From Prorocentrum cordatum (taxonomy: Eukaryota), in contig CAUYUJ010000137.1 in the NCBI GenBank assembly GCA_963575745.1, positions 558,001-622,000 of the forward strand: a stretch of 64,000 nucleotides of DNA, read 5' to 3'. Below are positions 60,076 through 64,000 of this stretch, piece by piece (positions within the stretch are counted from its first letter, which is position 1; every line of letters starts with the position of its first letter). The position numbers and the translations under genes are program-made. Below the pieces are notes generated by a model. That model had not been told where the DNA came from, made no database searches, and worked only from the letters and a program-made list of their open reading frames with translations.

Positions 60076-61519
60076 CCCCATGGGGCTGCGGCGCGTGCAA
60101 AGACTGTGCCAAAACTTGTTTTTGGGGACGCGCGTAAGCCCTGCCACTGGGGGCCTTCGGTGGGGCTCCCTGTGGGACCACGCACCGTGTGAGGGTTGCA
60201 CCGAAGCGGGTCTGGGGACGCGCGCGGGCCCTGCCACTGGGGCTTTCGGCTGGGGGACGGACAGATACGGAGACGTGTTGTCCCCGGACCTCTCTTGGGG
60301 TGCGTCCCGACGAGAATTCCGAGGCGAATCCAGCGGTGACAGCGAGGATTCCCCAGGAGGACCAGGAAAGGCCGAAAACGAAGGGGGACAACACGTATCC
60401 GTATCTTTTTCTCCCCCGATTCGGTGGACGAACTGAGTGACGGGTGCGCGAAAGTGGGCCTCGGGACGCCGTCGAACGGTGCCACAAAGGGTCTTCGGCG
60501 GAGCTCCCCGAAGATTCCTTATAAGGGGGCCACGCGCCGTGTGAGGGGCGTGCCAAACCTAGACTCTTGGAATGCACGTGCACCCTGCTATGGAAGTGTT
60601 CGGTGGAGGTCCCTGCGAAGCCACGAGCCCTGAGACGTCCAACGGAAGAGGAGAAAAAGGACGAGGAAAACGAAGAGAAGGAGGACGAAGAAGAGAAGGA
60701 GAACGAGGACGAGGAGCAAAGCAAGGATATATTTGACCCCAAATATCCCTGAGTTACGGGACATAAAAAGATTTGGATATAAGTAGGTAGTGAAAGCGAT
60801 GTCTCACTGGGTTGTGTGTGTATGTGCATGCGTCTGCCCAGATTTGCCAGGTGACACATTTGAACCCTGACGCTGGGGCCTTCGGTGGCGCCCTCCATCT
60901 GGCCACGCGCCCCGAGGATGCCCGCGAGCAAGCCGCGGTCCGCCTCACGCGCGCCAGAAAACGCCGAGGAACCCTGGAGAAAAACCGGCGACGAAAGATC
61001 CTGCGAAGACTTAGTGCGCTCCCCGAGAAAACAGGAAAGGACAACGCCAGACCTCGGGGGGGTACCCACTGGAGTCTCCGCTGAGGGGAATGATGAATAT
61101 AGCACAGGTCGACTGGCGACAAATATACCGCAGGACGGCTGGTAGAATTCTGACGTGGCGCTGGCCACGAGCGTCCACACAAGATCCCAAGAGGAATTCA
61201 CTACCCGCGCGACTTCAGACGTGGCGCAGACAGGAGAAGAAGGAACGGAGGAGGAAACGTGATGGTATCAAGGACACGTTCGAAGGCAATGTTTGTGGGA
61301 TGTCTCAAGCAAAACGCTGATTTTTAACGAAACGGTTAAAAACCCAAGGGTTTGTTCAACAGGTTCGCCTTCTTCGGCCATCTTGGAAGTCATCCTAGAT
61401 CGCTCTGACAAGATATTTGAAGACAGCCCTTCGTACACCCATCTTGTTCGAGGATGTCCCAGGCAAAACTGCCATTTCCGAGGATCCGAGAATTAGGCGA
61501 GCGATATCAATATTTCAAG

Positions 61520-62300
61520 TGCTAGAGGATGTCTCAGGCGAAATCGTCACTTTTGACATACAACGCCCTAAGCCATAACCCCCAATATCCCGATGTTGTC
61601 GACAGGACGTCTCGAGCAAACCGCTTCATTTGTCAAACCTTTCCTGACATGAACGGGAAACGCGTAAAAACGAAGAACTGTGCAAAAACGTACAGGGCCA
61701 TCACAATGAACCGTAATGTGGGCGAGCTCCCCGAACGTCCACAGGGGATACCTATGGACGCGCGCTCCCCGAACGTTGACAACCCTGTTCCTGAGTATCC
61801 TACGAACGTCTTCTCTACGGCGTGGCGTTTTTTAACGGCGTCGCCCTTTGAACCGAACCGTTACCATACGACGACGGCGACGACGATGACGACGACGACG
61901 ATGACGACGACGATGATGGAGACAAATATACCACAGGTCGGCTGGAGACAAATATACCGCCGGACGGACGGTGATCGGATGGCCGCCAAGGGGACAAATA
62001 TACCACAGGTCGGCTGGCGACAAATATACCACAGGTCGGCTGGAGACAAATATACCGCAGGACGGATCGTGATTGGATGGCCGCTCGGGAGGCGCATGTA
62101 CGACACGTCGACTGGAAACAACTATAGCGCAGGACGGATCGAGACAAATATACCACAGCCCGGCTGGAGACTCATATACCACAGGTCGTCATCGTCATCA
62201 GCATCAACATCATCGTCATCAGCATCATCATCATCATCGTCATCACCATTATCATTAGAATCAGCATCATCATCACCATTGTCATCAGCATATTCATCAT
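61520..62300. repeat. Paralog of 54540-54965 followed by ACAAATATACCACAGGTCGGCTGG minisatellite and (CAT)n
   Basis: Shared ATGAACCGTAATGTGGGCGAGCTCCCCGAACGTCCACAGGGGATACC segment. Confidence 0.85.
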
Positions 62301-63782
62301 AATATTGTCCGTTCAAAAACCCTCGAGACTGCACTTATTTGAGGATGCCTCGAGCGGAACGCATACTTCCGAGAAAAAGTGTTGAATAATCATTGTAGAT
62401 TGTTTTTCTTTAAGGGTTTGCCTCTTGGGCCGTCTTGGGTGTCCTCCAGGAGCGCCCCCCAAAGATGTCGCAAGACAGCTTACTCAACAACTCATTTGCT
62501 TGAGGATGTCTCAGGCGAGAGCTTCATTTTTGAGAATATAACGAATTCGCGAGCTCCCTGGACATTCCCGTGTTTGGAGGATTTCTCTAGCGAGAGGTCT
62601 TTCGTTTCCACCGCGGCGCCCCAACAGAACTTGCCACGATTTCGAACTCACTTTTTTTTCAGAAAATCAACGTGTTCTATAACACACATCGTGACCCCAA
62701 ATCACAGGCGATGGCGCGAGTAGGGTCGTAGTGGAAATCACGGGAGAAGCGGGCGCAGCAGGGGTTGGCGGAGAGAGGGGGGGGGGAACGACCCTGGCCG
62801 CCACGAGGGGGGCCCGAAGAGGTCTGATAACATTCTGGCGCGCTCCCTGCAAGAACGGGCGATTTGCACACCCCCGGGGGTCAACGCCCGAAACGACGAA
62901 TTTAACGCACCTTGACACAGCAGCCGCGAACACAAATATTGGATTGTGACCAGTATAATCATCGAATCGAACCTGCGTGTGGCTGGACCTGCAATTTATC
63001 CTAATTGGTTTCGCTGAGCGGCTGAATATATAGAGTTTGTTTTATTTAGTGTGTCCACGCTATATGCAAAGAACGCTGGCAAAACAGAAGACGACGAGGA
63101 GGACGATCGCCCGCCAGGAGCGCCCCAACCACGGGAATTACCTGCACATGCTCCGCGTCGGCGGGGACACACGTTGCAGTTACCCCCGCCCTCCTCCCAC
63201 CCCCATCCGCCGCAGAGGAAGAAAAGGGGAGCATAATGAACGAGAGTGAAGAGGATGGGAGGAAGGCGCGGAAAAGGAGCGGAGGGAGCGAATGACAGGA
63301 GACTGGGAGACAAGCGAGGGACGGTGGGAAGGCGTATCTGGGCTCTCTCGGGCTCTCTTGAAGCTCTCTTGGGCTCTCTAGATCTGTATGAGGGGCCTCG
63401 GCGAGGCCCCAGGGGGGGCTCTTCGAAGCCTTCTTCAGTACCGCCTGGGGCTCGCCTCACTACAGCTGCCTGCGTGTTGGCGCGGTCGGAGTCGAAGTTC
63501 GTTGTTTCAAGCGCTATCTACGCATGTATCGAAATCTGGCTTGCTTGTATTACACCGCATATCAGAAATACGCAATGCAAAAAGTGCCAGCACTGTTTGA
63601 TGAAACTATTTCGCACGATCGCTATGCTCGCGTACAGGCAGTGGAACTTCGCATTTCCTCGGAATCGCGTCGCGATTGCGAAGCGCAGACGCATATCACC
63701 AGGAAGCTCCCGCACGATTGCGGCGCACAAGGCCAAATAAGCAAGGCCCAAGAGGGCTCTAAGAGGGCCCTAAAGGGCCTCC

Positions 63783-64000
63783 AAAAGCAGTGAAAGTGAA
63801 GACACTCGAGCGCCCTTTCGCGTGACATAAGTTACATTCCTCTTGGGGGCCTGTTGGTATTTTCCCGGGGCTCTTTTTGGCCTTTCTGGGGCCGTTAGGA
63901 ACGCCTGTGGGGGTCCAAGAGAACCCCCGGAGGCCCCCAATGGAAGTGAAAGTTAAATCACGCGAAAGGGCGTTCGCGTGAATTCACTTTCACTGCTTTT
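63783..64000. mobile_element. MITE-like element with 43-bp inverted repeats (may extend past window end)
   Basis: 63783-63825 vs reverse complement of 63958-64000: 39/43 identical, outer 18 bp AAAAGCAGTGAAAGTGAA perfect. Confidence 0.6.

Noticed and set aside
62905..62960. Bacterial sigma70 promoter (TTGACA...TATAAT)
   Set aside because: Spacing about 36 nt and eukaryotic context.

Overview
GC-rich, repeat-dominated eukaryotic DNA, almost certainly dinoflagellate: it has two exact 22-nt dinoflagellate spliced-leader (DinoSL) copies at 25070-25091 and 28307-28328 and interstitial (CCCTAAA)n telomere-type repeats. Bases 1-14.9 kb look like one very large, 5'-truncated, plus-strand non-LTR retrotransposon. 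It has an ORF1-like region (RRM-like, coiled coil, degraded CCHC), about 7 kb of unusual cargo coding sequence (a membrane-type ORF ending in a PARP/ADP-ribosyltransferase-like domain, plus possible SH3-like and ubiquitin-like domains), and a frameshifted APE-RT-CCHC-RNase H pol, ending in a (TC)n tract. The most striking signal is a conserved bulged hairpin (stem-C-GNC-UYCA-GNC-stem) seen 14 times plus one variant. All copies are on the sense strand, mostly 1.0-1.3 kb apart, in different reading frames, with fully variable but pairing lower stems. The rest of the window holds satellites, microsatellites, a 3.2-3.5 kb tandem unit carrying DinoSL, a decayed hAT-like transposase, an intronless sulfotransferase gene and several palindromic or MITE-like elements. 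All domain calls come from motif reading by eye; no searches were run. Most ORF-track entries beyond 14.9 kb are repeat artefacts.
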